Shown: positions 22,486-32,906 of the stretch, piece by piece | Layout: each line of letters starts with the position of its first letter | Position numbering within the stretch: the stretch's first letter is position 1 | Source: Escherichia coli | GTDB taxonomy: Bacteria; Pseudomonadota; Gammaproteobacteria; Enterobacterales; Enterobacteriaceae | Assembly (NCBI RefSeq): GCF_001677475.2 | Contig: NZ_CP015229.1 | DNA: 64,000 nt | Strand: one strand, 5' to 3' | Made by a program: the position numbers and the translations under genes | The notes under the pieces: model-generated | What the model was told of the DNA's origin: nothing | What the model saw: only the letters and a program-made list of their open reading frames with translations | Database searches by the model: none

Positions 22486-23898
22486 TTATTCTATTGCCCG
22501 ATACACGGCCTCGCCAATTTGCTTCAGTGCTACGCGATAGGTTTCGCTGAGCGGCAAAGCGCAGTTGATACGCAGACAATTACGGTATTTACCGGAAGCC
22601 GAGAAAATCGAGCCTGCCGCCACCTGGATTTTCATGCGGTACAGCTGCCGCGCGACGCAGACCATATCGACCTGTTCAGGCAATTCGATCCACAGTAAAA
22701 ATCCGCCTTTCGGGCGCGTAATACAGATTTCGCAGGGAAAATATTCCCGTATCCAGCAGGTATAAAGCGCCAGATTGCGCTGATAAGTCTGCCGCATCCG
22801 CCGGATATGGCGATGATAGTGACCTTCCAGCACAAACGTTGCCGCCGCCATTTGCGTGGACGGCACATTAAAGCTGCTGATGGCGTATTTCATATGCATC
22901 AGTTTATCGTGATAACGCCCCGGTGCGACCCAACCCACGCGCAGGCCTGGAGCAATACTTTTACTGAACGAGCTGCACAACAGCACTCGCCCGTCGATAT
23001 CCCATGAATGAATGGTCCGCGGGCGCGGATACTCCGTTGCCAGTTCGCCGTAGACATCATCTTCAAAAATCACAATATCATGACGCTGAGCGAGAGAGAG
23101 AACGGCCCGTTTGCGCGCGTCCGGCATAATAAATCCCAGCGGATTATTACAGTTTGGCACCAGAATGATGCCTTTAATCGACCACTGTTCCAGCGCCAGT
23201 TCCAGCGCTTCAACGCTGATGCCTGTTTCTGGATCGGTTGGGATTTCAATCACTTTCACGCCCATGCCACGCAGCATCTGCATCGAACCGTAATAACAGG
23301 GGGATTCGACCGCGACAATATCGCCCGGTTTACACACTGCCATTAACGCCAGCGACATCGAGTTATGGCAGCCGCTGGTGATAATGATGTCATCGGCGGT
23401 GACCACCGAGCCGCTGTCGAGCATCAGGCGGGCAATCTGCTCTCGCAATACCCGCTGACCGGCTAACAAGTCATAACCGAGAACGGTTTGCAGATTATGC
23501 TGCACCACCCGGCTTAGCTCCCGCCACAGCGGTTTCAGGCTGGGCGTTTCGACATCCGGCGTGCTTTTGCTTAACGGAACAATGGAACTGTCGCTATGCG
23601 CCACCAGCATATCCAGCACCTGATCCCACTGGGTAATTTCCACCGGGCGCTGCACCGGACGCGTCATCGGCGGTACAGGCGGCTGGGCTTTACGTTGTGC
23701 GACAAAATAACCCGAACGCGGCTGCGGAGTGATGAGCTTCATCGTTTCCAGCGTCTGGTACGCCTGCTGCACGGTGCTGATGCTGACGCCGTGCTCCTGG
23801 CTTAAGCTGCGCACCGACGGCAATTTCTCCCCGTGACGATACAGCCCCTGCTCAATCCGCTCGGCAAGTAGAGTCGCCAGATGTTGATAACGCGTCAT
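22486..23898 (-). CDS. yjiR: MocR-family regulator (GntR HTH fused to aminotransferase-like domain) YjiR
   Basis: 470-aa ORF; N-terminal HTH (LPSVRSLSQEHGVSISTVQQAYQTLE) plus PLP-aminotransferase-like body. Confidence 0.85.
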   Translation of the reverse strand: MTRYQHLATLLAERIEQGLYRHGEKLPSVRSLSQEHGVSISTVQQAYQTLETMKLITPQPRSGYFVAQRKAQPPVPPMTRPVQRPVEITQWDQVLDMLVAHSDSSIVPLSKSTPDVETPSLKPLWRELSRVVQHNLQTVLGYDLLAGQRVLREQIARLMLDSGSVVTADDIIITSGCHNSMSLALMAVCKPGDIVAVESPCYYGSMQMLRGMGVKVIEIPTDPETGISVEALELALEQWSIKGIILVPNCNNPLGFIMPDARKRAVLSLAQRHDIVIFEDDVYGELATEYPRPRTIHSWDIDGRVLLCSSFSKSIAPGLRVGWVAPGRYHDKLMHMKYAISSFNVPSTQMAAATFVLEGHYHRHIRRMRQTYQRNLALYTCWIREYFPCEICITRPKGGFLLWIELPEQVDMVCVARQLYRMKIQVAAGSIFSASGKYRNCLRINCALPLSETYRVALKQIGEAVYRAIE

Positions 23899-24074
23899 GC
23901 TGTATTCCTTATTTGGACCATACAGAGAGAAAAACCGGTACAGATGAGGCTAAAAAACCGGATGCAGATGCTGTTTTAACCTGTCTGTATGTTAAATAAA
24001 ACTAATATTTGCATCTGTATTGTGAACTGCCAGAAGGCGGATGATTAAGCCTCTGAAAGATGAGGAGGCAGCAG

Positions 24075-24239
24075 ATGGAATTTCACGAAAACAAAGCTAA
24101 AGCACCGTTTATTGGACTTGTGCAACTCTGGCAGGTGATGAGGCGTTGGCGGCGGCAAATGCAGACCCGACGAGTGTTACAGCAGATGAGTGATGAGCGG
24201 TTGAGGGATATTGGGTTACGCAGGGAGGATGTGGAGTGA
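24075..24239 (+). CDS. yjiS: DUF1127 small protein YjiS
   Basis: Manual translation MEFHENKAKAPFIGLVQLWQVMRRWRRQMQTRRVLQQMSDERLRDIGLRREDVE (54 aa); GAGGAGG SD 6 nt upstream. Below the track's length cutoff. Confidence 0.75.
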   Translation: MEFHENKAKAPFIGLVQLWQVMRRWRRQMQTRRVLQQMSDERLRDIGLRREDVE

Positions 24240-24335
24240 TGGGGCTGTTCGTCGCGGATAAACAGGATTTCTATATAACCTTCACAAGGAAGTGTTTATT
24301 ATTGTGAAATCATCGCTTCACGGAAAGACGTCAGA

Positions 24336-26429
24336 ATGAAAGCAACAGAAGCCCGTTTACTCGATTTTTTAAAACGTTCGCAGCAGTTTGTTATTCCCAT
24401 TTATCAACGCACCTATTCATGGACAGAGCAACAATGTCGGCAACTTTGGGACGACATCATTCGTGCCGGAAAGCGTGACGATATATCCGCGCATTTTATC
24501 GGTTCGGTTGTTTATATAGAGCAGGGGTTGTATCAGGTTTCCGGTATTTCTCCGTTGCTGGTCATTGATGGTCAACAGCGGCTGACGACCGCAATGTTGC
24601 TGATTGAGGCTTTATCGCGCCATCTTGGCGAAGAAGAAGTTTTTGATGGCTTTTCGGCAATGAAATTGCGTAATTATTATTTACTCAATCCTTATGAGTC
24701 CGGTGAGAAAGGATTTAAATTACTGCTGACCGAGACCGATAAAGACAGTTTGCTGGTGTTAATAAAACAAAGACCAATGCCAGAAAACTATTCCCATCGA
24801 ATAATGGAAAATTTTAGTTTCTTTGATGAGCAAATTACCAAACTCGGTGATGACTTGATCCCCTTATGTCGTGGGTTAGCAAAGCTATTAATTGTCGATG
24901 TGGCGCTTAATCGTGGTCAGGATAATCCGCAACTGATTTTTGAAAGTATGAACTCCACCGGTAAGGCGTTAAGTCAGGCCGATCTGGTGCGCAATTTTAT
25001 TCTGATGGGCCTCGAACCAGAGCATCAAACACGGTTGTATGAAGATCACTGGCGTCCAATGGAAATCGCTTTTGGTCAGCAAGGTTACAGCGAATATTTT
25101 GACAGTTTTATGCGTCATTATCTGACGGTAAAAACGGGGGAGATCCCTCGGACAGATGAAGTCTATGAGGCATTTAAACTACATGCCCGCAGCCAGAGTG
25201 TTGCTGAAAAAGGCGTAGATCGGCTGGTTGAAGATATACACATCTACGCGGAGTATTACTGTGCAATGGCATTGGGTAAGGAAAGTGACAAATCGCTTGC
25301 CACGGCTTTTCAGGATTTGCGCGAGTTAAAGGTCGATGTGGCGTATCCTTTCTTACTGGCGCTTTATCATGACTATAAAAATGGCGTTTTGTCTCACGAA
25401 GATTTCCTGAGCATAATTCGTTTAATTGAATCTTATGTTTTCCGCCGTGCAGTGTGTGCAATTCCGACGAATTCTTTGAACAAGACGTTTGCCACTTTTT
25501 ATAAGATCATTAATAAAGAAAATTATCTGGAAAGCATTCAGGTGCATTTTATGAACCTGCCTTCGTATCGTCGTTTCCCCAACGATGATGAATTTAAACG
25601 GGAATTAAAAGTTCGCGATCTCTATAACTTCCGCAGTCGCAGCTACTGGTTACGACGACTAGAAAACGATAAACGCAGAGAGCGCGTGGAAGAGTTTACG
25701 ATTGAGCACATTATGCCGCAGAACGAAAACCTGTCGGCTAAATGGCGCGAAGAGCTGGGAAGCGACTGGCAGCGTATTCATAAAGAATTGTTGCATACGT
25801 TGGGGAATCTCACTTTAACGCGCTATAACTCCCGCTACAGTGACAGACCTTTCGCGGAAAAACGCGATATTGAAGACGGCTTTAAGCATAGCCCGCTCTA
25901 TTTGAATATCGGTCTTGGGCAGTGCGAAAAATGGGATGAAGCCGCCATTCGCGCCCGAGCCGATCGTCTGGCCGATCTCGCGGTTCAGGTCTGGCAAGCG
26001 CCTTCTCTTCCTGAAGAGGTATTAGCTGTTTATCGGGGTCAGCCGGAGAACAAAACCAGTTACAGCCTGAGTGATTATCCTTTCCTTGCTGATGGTTCGC
26101 ATAGCCGGGTGTTATTCGATCATCTTCGCGATGAAGTTATGCGCCTGGACGCAGGGATCACACAGGAAGTTTTAAAGCTGTATATTGCGTTTAAAGCGGA
26201 AACGAATTTTGTTGATGTTGTGCCGCAAAAAAGCCGACTGCGATTGTCGCTTAATATGCAGTTTCATGAACTGGTCGATCCGAAAGGTATTGCCAAAGAT
26301 GTGACAAATGTTGGGCGCTGGGGCAATGGTGATGTGGAAATTGGTTTCAGCGACCTCGCACAACTTCCTTACATTATGGGATTAATTCGTCAGGCATTTG
26401 AAAAACAGATGGAGAGTGCGTTGGTATAA
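24336..26429 (+). CDS. GmrSD-family (DUF262 + DUF1524/His-Me finger) putative type IV modification-dependent restriction endonuclease
   Basis: 697-aa ORF; N-terminal DUF262 signature (PIYQRTYSW...LLVIDGQQRLTT), C-terminal DUF1524-like region (FTIEHIMPQN...LGNLTLTRYN). Confidence 0.7.
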   Translation: MKATEARLLDFLKRSQQFVIPIYQRTYSWTEQQCRQLWDDIIRAGKRDDISAHFIGSVVYIEQGLYQVSGISPLLVIDGQQRLTTAMLLIEALSRHLGEEEVFDGFSAMKLRNYYLLNPYESGEKGFKLLLTETDKDSLLVLIKQRPMPENYSHRIMENFSFFDEQITKLGDDLIPLCRGLAKLLIVDVALNRGQDNPQLIFESMNSTGKALSQADLVRNFILMGLEPEHQTRLYEDHWRPMEIAFGQQGYSEYFDSFMRHYLTVKTGEIPRTDEVYEAFKLHARSQSVAEKGVDRLVEDIHIYAEYYCAMALGKESDKSLATAFQDLRELKVDVAYPFLLALYHDYKNGVLSHEDFLSIIRLIESYVFRRAVCAIPTNSLNKTFATFYKIINKENYLESIQVHFMNLPSYRRFPNDDEFKRELKVRDLYNFRSRSYWLRRLENDKRRERVEEFTIEHIMPQNENLSAKWREELGSDWQRIHKELLHTLGNLTLTRYNSRYSDRPFAEKRDIEDGFKHSPLYLNIGLGQCEKWDEAAIRARADRLADLAVQVWQAPSLPEEVLAVYRGQPENKTSYSLSDYPFLADGSHSRVLFDHLRDEVMRLDAGITQEVLKLYIAFKAETNFVDVVPQKSRLRLSLNMQFHELVDPKGIAKDVTNVGRWGNGDVEIGFSDLAQLPYIMGLIRQAFEKQMESALV

Positions 26430-26475
26430 CGTGGCGAATAATACCCGGTAGCACTGGCGCTACCGGGTCAATCTA

Positions 26476-26817
26476 TCAGGCGACTTTCTGTTTACCGGCA
26501 ATCACCCCAATAAATTCCTGCACCTGCTTTTGTTTACGTGCCGACAGCTTGCACACCTGGCGCAGTGACTGCATCAGTTCGCTCTCTTCGGGGGCGGGTG
26601 GTTGGGTGGTGAGGATAATACAGCCTTCCATCACTTTGACATCTACCGCCGTGCCAGTGGCAAAACCGGCGGCTTCCAGCCACTGACCTTTCAGGGTGAT
26701 GGCGGGAATGCGGCTGTAATCCGGGTAGCGACTCGCATAACTCACGGTTAATTGACGGTTATTTGCTGGGGAGACTTCTGCTTCGAACGGTTGTGCAATA
26801 GAATGCGTGTCAGTCAT
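26476..26817 (-). CDS. symE: SOS-induced toxin-like protein SymE
   Basis: Translation from ATG 26817, [34 protein letters not shown]... (113 aa), recognised as SymE; the track ORF extends upstream to 26874. Confidence 0.85.
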   Translation of the reverse strand: MTDTHSIAQPFEAEVSPANNRQLTVSYASRYPDYSRIPAITLKGQWLEAAGFATGTAVDVKVMEGCIILTTQPPAPEESELMQSLRQVCKLSARKQKQVQEFIGVIAGKQKVA

Positions 26818-26885
26818 GATTACTATTCCTTTGAAATAGGGATTGTGATTAGCGGTGCGGGTGTGTTGGCGCACATCCGCACCGC
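26800..26885 (+). ncRNA. symR: Probable SymR antisense sRNA (approximate placement)
   Basis: Placed by homology logic only: SymR is described as antisense to the symE 5' end. A 9-bp perfect hairpin (gcggtgcgg/ccgcaccgc, about 26852-26884) lies at the expected 3' end. Ends not determined. Confidence 0.3.
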
Positions 26886-26894
26886 GCTAAATAC

Positions 26895-26910
26895 CTGTAT
26901 ATATCATCAG
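26895..26910. promoter_or_regulatory. LexA-box-like palindrome upstream of symE
   Basis: CTGTATATATCATCAG, against the CTGT-N8-ACAG consensus with one mismatch; about 80 nt upstream of the symE ATG. Confidence 0.55.
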
Positions 26911-26991
26911 TAAATATGGGGAAAGTCCAGCTAAAAATTAATGAAAATAAGATGAAAATTAGCGTACAATATAATTTTTGGTGATGTGAAT

Positions 26992-27013
26992 AAAGCGGCT
27001 ATTTAGCCGCTTT
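26992..27013. terminator. Hairpin with flanking T-runs downstream of hsdS (possible bidirectional terminator)
   Basis: aaagcggct-attt-agccgcttt perfect stem, flanked by T-rich runs on both strands. Confidence 0.55.
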
Positions 27014-27037
27014 ATTGGTTTTATGAGGGCGAGGAAA

Positions 27038-28798
27038 TTAGTTTATCGCCGCGTCAGTGAGTGCGTCTGCAAGGTGCAGTTGGGTTTGCTGGGCGGATTG
27101 GATATGATTCTTTAATTCTTCACATAGTTTATAAAAAATATGTAGTTTACTCATTATTTTTTTTGCTTCTGAGCTAGGAGGAATAGCAACAGGACAACCT
27201 CTGAGCTGGGTTTTATTAATAGAGGCTAAATTAGTGGTTTGCTTACTTGCGTTAGCAAAATATTGTCTTGAGAATGGGCTATTCATATATGTTTCTAACC
27301 AATATGGATCAACATCTTGCCCTATATTTCGTCCTTTGAATACATGGTTTTGATTTGCTATATACCAGTCATGACACCATACTGTAGTTCTCCCGACTGT
27401 ATCCCAGTCGCCGCCTTCTGTGATCAATAAATCTCCCTTGACTACTTGATATTTTTCTTTTTCCTCAATAGGGATTTCAATCTGTTTAATTTCCGTAAGA
27501 TCAAGATATCCGCGTTGGACGTTTGCCACACGTAAATAAGGAACTTTTACCAAAGTTCTATTTGATAAATTTCTTCCTTTAGTGATACCACTTTGAATAT
27601 CAATAATATCTTCAAATAAACACCACTCCCACCCTTCCGGCAGTTCAAATGGTTTTTCCTCATCGCTAATTGGCGGCAACGGTTTTTGTTTTTTTATTTT
27701 TCCTTTTTTCACCAGTTGAGCTTTTTCCTGCGCAATTCGTTTGAGCAGTTCAGAGGCAGGTTCGTCATTCGGATCCTGCGGCACAAGTTTACCCATTACG
27801 GCCAGTTGCAGAATGGTCTGTTTTAATGCATCCACGCTGGCTTCGGTGGTAAATAGTGTGTCGAAATGCTCGCTAATACGCGCCCAGTTTTCAGCCAGTT
27901 CCTCGGCGTTTTGGCTGTCTGTAAGCGTTCCCAACAGGGTTTCAACCAGTTGCTGATGTGCGTCCAGACTGGCCAAGGATTGCTGTTCCAGTTGGTCGCA
28001 AAGGGACATGAGCTCCTGTACTTTGGATACAATACGTATTTGTTCTTGGTAAGGTGGTAAAATAACAGGGATCTCTTTTAACTTAGACGCTTTTATTCCT
28101 GTTGCGGTCATGCCTGTAGATTTGTCACTTAGTTGTGACTGGAAGGGGATCGCCAGGATTTGAATAAGCATAAAAGGGCTTATCTCTGGAGTATGCCATT
28201 GAAAACAGATAGAACGTTGAGCAAGAGCGAACTTTCCGTCTAAATCAATAATCGCTGCATTCCCCAGTGGTGCTTCAGTCGTGAATAAAATATCACCACA
28301 TTTAGGAAAGCCTCTTGTCATCCATGATATGTAATCTTCTTCAGATATGAACTCTTCTGGATTGAGATCAATATAGCCCTTTCTGATATTTTTTGCTGTT
28401 ATAAGCCTTATACCATTTTCTTTTTTATGTGGTGTTTTTCCTCGGTAATCGATGAATTTAGCTAAATTACCAAGTCTTATCCATGACCACTTTTCGGGGG
28501 TATCGATATAATATTCATTTCCATGGATATTAGTGCTTGCTGTGGTTTTCATACCATTATTGCGCGCTAATTCTTTTTTCCGTTCTTCATTACGCTTCAG
28601 CAGCTCCGACGCTGGTTCATCATTCGGATCCTGCGGCACTAGTTTACCGCGCACCGCCAGTTCCAGAATCAGCTCACGCAATTTCTTAATGCCATACAAA
28701 TCAATTTTACCGGAACTGCCGCGCCCGGCGGTGGAACGGGTTTGCAACGCCGAGGTCCAGGTTGCCATATGATCAACGATCAGCTTTTCCACACTCAT
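27038..28798 (-). CDS. hsdS: Type I restriction-modification specificity subunit HsdS
   Basis: 586-aa ORF with two target-recognition domains and a duplicated conserved spacer (LVPQDPNDEPASELLKR at both about aa 45 and about aa 335); ATG overlaps the hsdM stop (ATGA). Confidence 0.85.
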   Translation of the reverse strand: MSVEKLIVDHMATWTSALQTRSTAGRGSSGKIDLYGIKKLRELILELAVRGKLVPQDPNDEPASELLKRNEERKKELARNNGMKTTASTNIHGNEYYIDTPEKWSWIRLGNLAKFIDYRGKTPHKKENGIRLITAKNIRKGYIDLNPEEFISEEDYISWMTRGFPKCGDILFTTEAPLGNAAIIDLDGKFALAQRSICFQWHTPEISPFMLIQILAIPFQSQLSDKSTGMTATGIKASKLKEIPVILPPYQEQIRIVSKVQELMSLCDQLEQQSLASLDAHQQLVETLLGTLTDSQNAEELAENWARISEHFDTLFTTEASVDALKQTILQLAVMGKLVPQDPNDEPASELLKRIAQEKAQLVKKGKIKKQKPLPPISDEEKPFELPEGWEWCLFEDIIDIQSGITKGRNLSNRTLVKVPYLRVANVQRGYLDLTEIKQIEIPIEEKEKYQVVKGDLLITEGGDWDTVGRTTVWCHDWYIANQNHVFKGRNIGQDVDPYWLETYMNSPFSRQYFANASKQTTNLASINKTQLRGCPVAIPPSSEAKKIMSKLHIFYKLCEELKNHIQSAQQTQLHLADALTDAAIN

Positions 28799-30267
28799 CA
28801 GTTAACCTCCTTGCCAGACAGCGCAGCGCCAAGAATATCGCGCAGTTGATTACGCAGCGTCTGGATCTCCGCCTGCTGTTTTGCATACTGCGCTAACAAT
28901 TCATCTGGATCATGGCTGACGGTTTCCGCCTGATGTGGGTTTTTAATATCCAGATTGAAGTTACGCGCAATCACGTCATCAATGCTGACTTTCCACGCCT
29001 GCTCATTCTCGACGCGGCTGGCAAAACCATCGGCCTCGTTACCCCACCAGTCGATCTCCGCCTGAAACTCTTCAAACTTCATCGGCTTGGTTTTGCTGTA
29101 ATTTTTCACGCCCGCCGGATACGGATGCTCATAGAACCAAATCTCTTTGGTTGGCTGACCTTTGGTAAAGAACAACAGGTTGGTTTTAATGCCGGTATAG
29201 GGGTTAAACACACCATTTGGTAAACGCACGATGGTATGCAGGTTGCACTCTTCGGTAAGTAGCTTTTTGATTTTGGTTTTAACACCTTCGCCAAATAGCG
29301 TGCCATCCGGCAATACCACCGCCGCGCGACCGTTTTTCGCCAGTACTTCCACAATCAGTTGCAGGAACAGATCCGCCGTTTCGCGGGTTTGCATCTCTGC
29401 CGGAAAGTTCTTCTCAATACCGTCTTCTTCCGTGCCACCAAACGGCGGGTTGGTAACAATGACATCCAGTTGTTCATCCCAGGAGGAAAGCGGTTTGTTC
29501 AGGGTGTTGTCGTGACGAATTTGTACCGGTACTTCAATGCCGTGCAGCAGCATATTGGTGGTCGCCAGCAGGTGCGGAAGCTGTTTTTTCTCAACACCGT
29601 GGATCTGTTGTTGCAGCGTCTGATGATCGGCGACGCTCTTCACGTATTTGTTCTTTACATGATCGAACGCGCAGGCAAGAAAACCGCCCGTACCGCAGGC
29701 CGGGTCCATAATGGATTCGCCGAGTTTCGGATCAACGCGATCCACCATAAAGCGAGTGACGGCGCGTGGAGTATAGAATTCGCCCGCATTGCCCGCAGAT
29801 TGCAGATCTTTAAGGATCTGTTCGTAAATATCACCAAACAGATGGCGTTCGCTGGCGCTGGTAAAGTCAATTTCGTTCAGCTTGTTGATCACCTGACGCA
29901 GTAGCGTACCGTTTTTCATATAGTTATAGGCATCGCTGAACGCCTGCTTCACCACGTAGCCGCGTGGGTTTTTATCGATAGGCGCAGTGAGGTTTTTCAA
30001 CGCCGGGAACAGATCATCATTAACGAATTCCAGCAGGGAATCACCGGTAATGCCCTGAGCGTTTGCGGCCCAACTGCGCCATAAATAACGCTGTGGGATC
30101 GGATATTGATAGTTATCCTGCTCCAGTTCCAGCGCCTCTTCCTGGGCATCGAAGATTTTCAAAAACAGCAGCCAGGAGAGCTGACCGAGACGCTGCGCAT
30201 CGCCGTCCACACCGGCATCTTTGCGCATAATATCTTGTAATGATTTGATTACTGAACTGATAGACAT
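28798..30267 (-). CDS. hsdM: Type I restriction-modification N6-adenine methyltransferase HsdM
   Basis: N6-Mtase motifs (DPACGTGGFL; NPPFGG); start placed at ATG 30267 (MSISSVIK...), since the more upstream ATGs lie in or next to the hairpin that follows hsdR. Confidence 0.85.
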   Translation of the reverse strand: MSISSVIKSLQDIMRKDAGVDGDAQRLGQLSWLLFLKIFDAQEEALELEQDNYQYPIPQRYLWRSWAANAQGITGDSLLEFVNDDLFPALKNLTAPIDKNPRGYVVKQAFSDAYNYMKNGTLLRQVINKLNEIDFTSASERHLFGDIYEQILKDLQSAGNAGEFYTPRAVTRFMVDRVDPKLGESIMDPACGTGGFLACAFDHVKNKYVKSVADHQTLQQQIHGVEKKQLPHLLATTNMLLHGIEVPVQIRHDNTLNKPLSSWDEQLDVIVTNPPFGGTEEDGIEKNFPAEMQTRETADLFLQLIVEVLAKNGRAAVVLPDGTLFGEGVKTKIKKLLTEECNLHTIVRLPNGVFNPYTGIKTNLLFFTKGQPTKEIWFYEHPYPAGVKNYSKTKPMKFEEFQAEIDWWGNEADGFASRVENEQAWKVSIDDVIARNFNLDIKNPHQAETVSHDPDELLAQYAKQQAEIQTLRNQLRDILGAALSGKEVN

Positions 30268-30289
30268 GTTGTATTCCATGAAAAACAAG

Positions 30290-30320
30290 GCCTTCTGCAA
30301 CATGATGGTTGCAGAAGGCG
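30290..30320 (-). terminator. Hairpin plus T-run between hsdR and hsdM (terminator/attenuator candidate)
   Basis: gccttctgcaac-atgatg-gttgcagaaggc perfect 12-bp stem; on the minus strand it is followed by TTGTTTTTC immediately before the hsdM start. Confidence 0.5.
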
Positions 30321-30333
30321 CAAAAGAGAGTTG

Positions 30334-32766
30334 TTAAGCAGAGCGGGGCGGTAATTGGTAGATTTCGTTTTCCAGCTCGCTGAGCGCCTGATTATACCCG
30401 TTACGGTCGCCAAATCCGGTTTTAATAATCTCCGGTAAGGTGCCCATGCTGTCGAATGGTTTAAGTTTCAGCACCTGAATACTTTCGATCTCCTGTACGC
30501 CCGCATCGGCGTATTTATCCAGCAGATTATCGAGCACGGCTTGCGCTGCTTCAGAGTATTTTGTGAAGTAGTTCCGCTTGCGCACGTTCTCGGCGCGCTC
30601 TTTGCGGGTTAACGGCGGCTGACCATACACTACGTGGCAAAGCATGTCGAACGGGTCGAGATCTTTACCGACTTCTTCTGCCAGCACTTCCCAGATGATC
30701 CCCTGTTGCTCCAGCTCGTGAATGATCGCTTCTTTGCGATCGGCGTCCTGCCACTTGCGGGTAAAGTCATCCAGCGAGGCATATTCTTTGAGCAGTGTTT
30801 TACGGGTGTAATCTTTAAAGGATTCGGTAACCAGTTTTCCGTCGGCATCGTAATACTGAACGCGCTGTGCAATAACGCCCACCGCCACGCCATTGACGTG
30901 AAACTTGCGGATTTTCTTCTCGTCTTCTTCCGGAAGTGGGCCAACATCATCGGTATCGGTAACCTGGTATGGCGGCGCAGGCGGTTCATCAACGCCTGTC
31001 ACCTGCTCTTCGTCATGTTCGCTGATTTCTTCGAGTTTCTCTTCAAAATCAGATTCTGGATCGGCGATATCCTCTGGTGTGGTATCCATGACTTTTTCGG
31101 GAATGCCATCGAAACGCTCATCGGCAAACAGTTCGGTGGCTTTTTTAAAGTCGAGGATGGTAAACCAGAGTTTGCCGTAACGTTCGTCGATGCGTGTACC
31201 ACGACCGATAATCTGCTTGAATTTGGTCATCGACTGGATGTTCTGATCCAGTACTACCAGTTTGCAGGTTTTAGCATCCACACCGGTGGTCATCAGCTCT
31301 GAAGTGGTCGCGATAACCGGGTACGGTTTTTTCGGGTTGATGAAGTTATCCAACTGAGCTTTGCCAATTTCATCATCACCGGTAATTTTCATGACGTATT
31401 TGTCGTTCTTTTTCACCTGCTCCGGGTTGAGATTAACCAGGGCGCGGCGCATACGTTCTGCATGATCGATGTCGTTACAGAAGACGATGGTTTTATCCAT
31501 CGGGTTGGTGCGCTTGAGGTAGTCGGTAATGGTTCTGGCAACCAGTTCTGTGCGTTCGTCGATTACCATTGTGCGATCGAAATCTTTCTGGTTATAGATA
31601 CGATCGTCGATCACTTCGCCGTTTAAGTCAGTTTGCCCTTTGGTTGGGCGCCAGCCTTGCAGATCAACATCAATATCAACACGGACAACTTTATAAGGGG
31701 CGAGGAAGCCGTCTTCGATCCCTTCTTTTAGCGAGTAGACGTAAACCGGATCGCCGAAGTAATCCGTGCTGGAGACTTCATGGGTCTCTTTTGGCGTGGC
31801 GGTTAAGCCAATTTGGGTGGCGGAGCTGAAATAATCAAGGATCTCTCGCCAGGCGCTGTCTTCGGATGCGCTGCCGCGATGGCATTCGTCGATCACGATC
31901 AGATCGAAGAAATCTGGTGCGACTTGTTTAAACGCTTTTTGGTCTTCCTCCGGGCCAGTTATAGCCTGATAGAGTGCGAGGTGTATTTCATAAGCGGGAT
32001 CAATGGTGCGCCCGCTGACTTTGGTCATTGCCGTACCAAATGGCTGGAAATCATTATTTTTGGTTTGGTCGACCAGAATGTTGCGATCGGCAAGGAACAG
32101 AATGCGTTTTTTATTTTTTGATTTCCACAGGCGCCAGATGATCTGGAATGCGGTATAGGTTTTCCCTGTTCCGGTCGCCATTACCAGCAGAACACGGTTT
32201 TGCCCGTTGGAGACGGCTTCTATGGTTTTGTTGATTGCCTGAAGCTGGTAATAACGTGGCGATTTACCGCTGCCATCGTCGTAATAGTCCTGAGTAATCA
32301 CCGGAAGCTGAGCTTGTGTGTATCCTTTCCAGAGGCAGAATTTTTGCCAGAGTTCAGCGGGGGAGGGGAAGTCATCCAGCGTTATTTGCTTTTCAAGGCA
32401 TTCACCTTCGGCTGCGGTAGCATCGCGGAAGATAAAGCCATCACCGTTGGTGGCAAAAACAAAAGGAACGTCCAGCAGGCGCGCGTATTCAATGCCCTGT
32501 TGCATCCCTTTGCCAATTTCATGTTTGTTGGCTTTTGCTTCAATCACGGCTAAGGGAATGCCTGGTTTGTGATACAGCACGATGTCAGCAGATTTTACCG
32601 TTCTGCGTGCCGCAACTTTACCACGTACGATGACTTTACCGTCCCGGAGTTTGACCTCCTGTCTGATTTGCGTTGTGTTGTCCCAGCCTGCATTGAGAAT
32701 GGCTGGCATAACGCATTTGGTAATGATGTCTGCTTCCGTCAGGTTACTTAGGTTCAGTTCCGCCAT
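30334..32766 (-). CDS. hsdR: Type I restriction enzyme endonuclease/helicase subunit HsdR, short form (type IB/EcoAI-like)
   Basis: 810-aa ORF; PD-(D/E)XK N-terminus, SF2 helicase motifs (MATGTGKT; DECHR). The 810-aa length is well below the roughly 1170 aa I recall for EcoKI HsdR and matches what I recall for type IB. Confidence 0.85.
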   Translation of the reverse strand: MAELNLSNLTEADIITKCVMPAILNAGWDNTTQIRQEVKLRDGKVIVRGKVAARRTVKSADIVLYHKPGIPLAVIEAKANKHEIGKGMQQGIEYARLLDVPFVFATNGDGFIFRDATAAEGECLEKQITLDDFPSPAELWQKFCLWKGYTQAQLPVITQDYYDDGSGKSPRYYQLQAINKTIEAVSNGQNRVLLVMATGTGKTYTAFQIIWRLWKSKNKKRILFLADRNILVDQTKNNDFQPFGTAMTKVSGRTIDPAYEIHLALYQAITGPEEDQKAFKQVAPDFFDLIVIDECHRGSASEDSAWREILDYFSSATQIGLTATPKETHEVSSTDYFGDPVYVYSLKEGIEDGFLAPYKVVRVDIDVDLQGWRPTKGQTDLNGEVIDDRIYNQKDFDRTMVIDERTELVARTITDYLKRTNPMDKTIVFCNDIDHAERMRRALVNLNPEQVKKNDKYVMKITGDDEIGKAQLDNFINPKKPYPVIATTSELMTTGVDAKTCKLVVLDQNIQSMTKFKQIIGRGTRIDERYGKLWFTILDFKKATELFADERFDGIPEKVMDTTPEDIADPESDFEEKLEEISEHDEEQVTGVDEPPAPPYQVTDTDDVGPLPEEDEKKIRKFHVNGVAVGVIAQRVQYYDADGKLVTESFKDYTRKTLLKEYASLDDFTRKWQDADRKEAIIHELEQQGIIWEVLAEEVGKDLDPFDMLCHVVYGQPPLTRKERAENVRKRNYFTKYSEAAQAVLDNLLDKYADAGVQEIESIQVLKLKPFDSMGTLPEIIKTGFGDRNGYNQALSELENEIYQLPPRSA

Positions 32767-32906
32767 GGGGTGTTCTCATCTAAATGCGATGCGCAAATTC
32801 TACACAGAAAAATAGATGAATTCATCTGTTCAAAGAGTATTATCAGCGTTAAGTCACTGTTTTAAAGGTATTCTTGAGTTTCATCAATAGTAGGATAAGG
32901 ATTCAT

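Noticed and set aside
27700-28660. Duplicated about 50-nt segment within hsdS (near 27745 and 28610) as a possible inverted/invertible element
   Set aside because: The copies are direct, in-frame repeats encoding the conserved HsdS spacer present in both halves of the subunit, not an invertible shufflon; no recombinase gene is adjacent.
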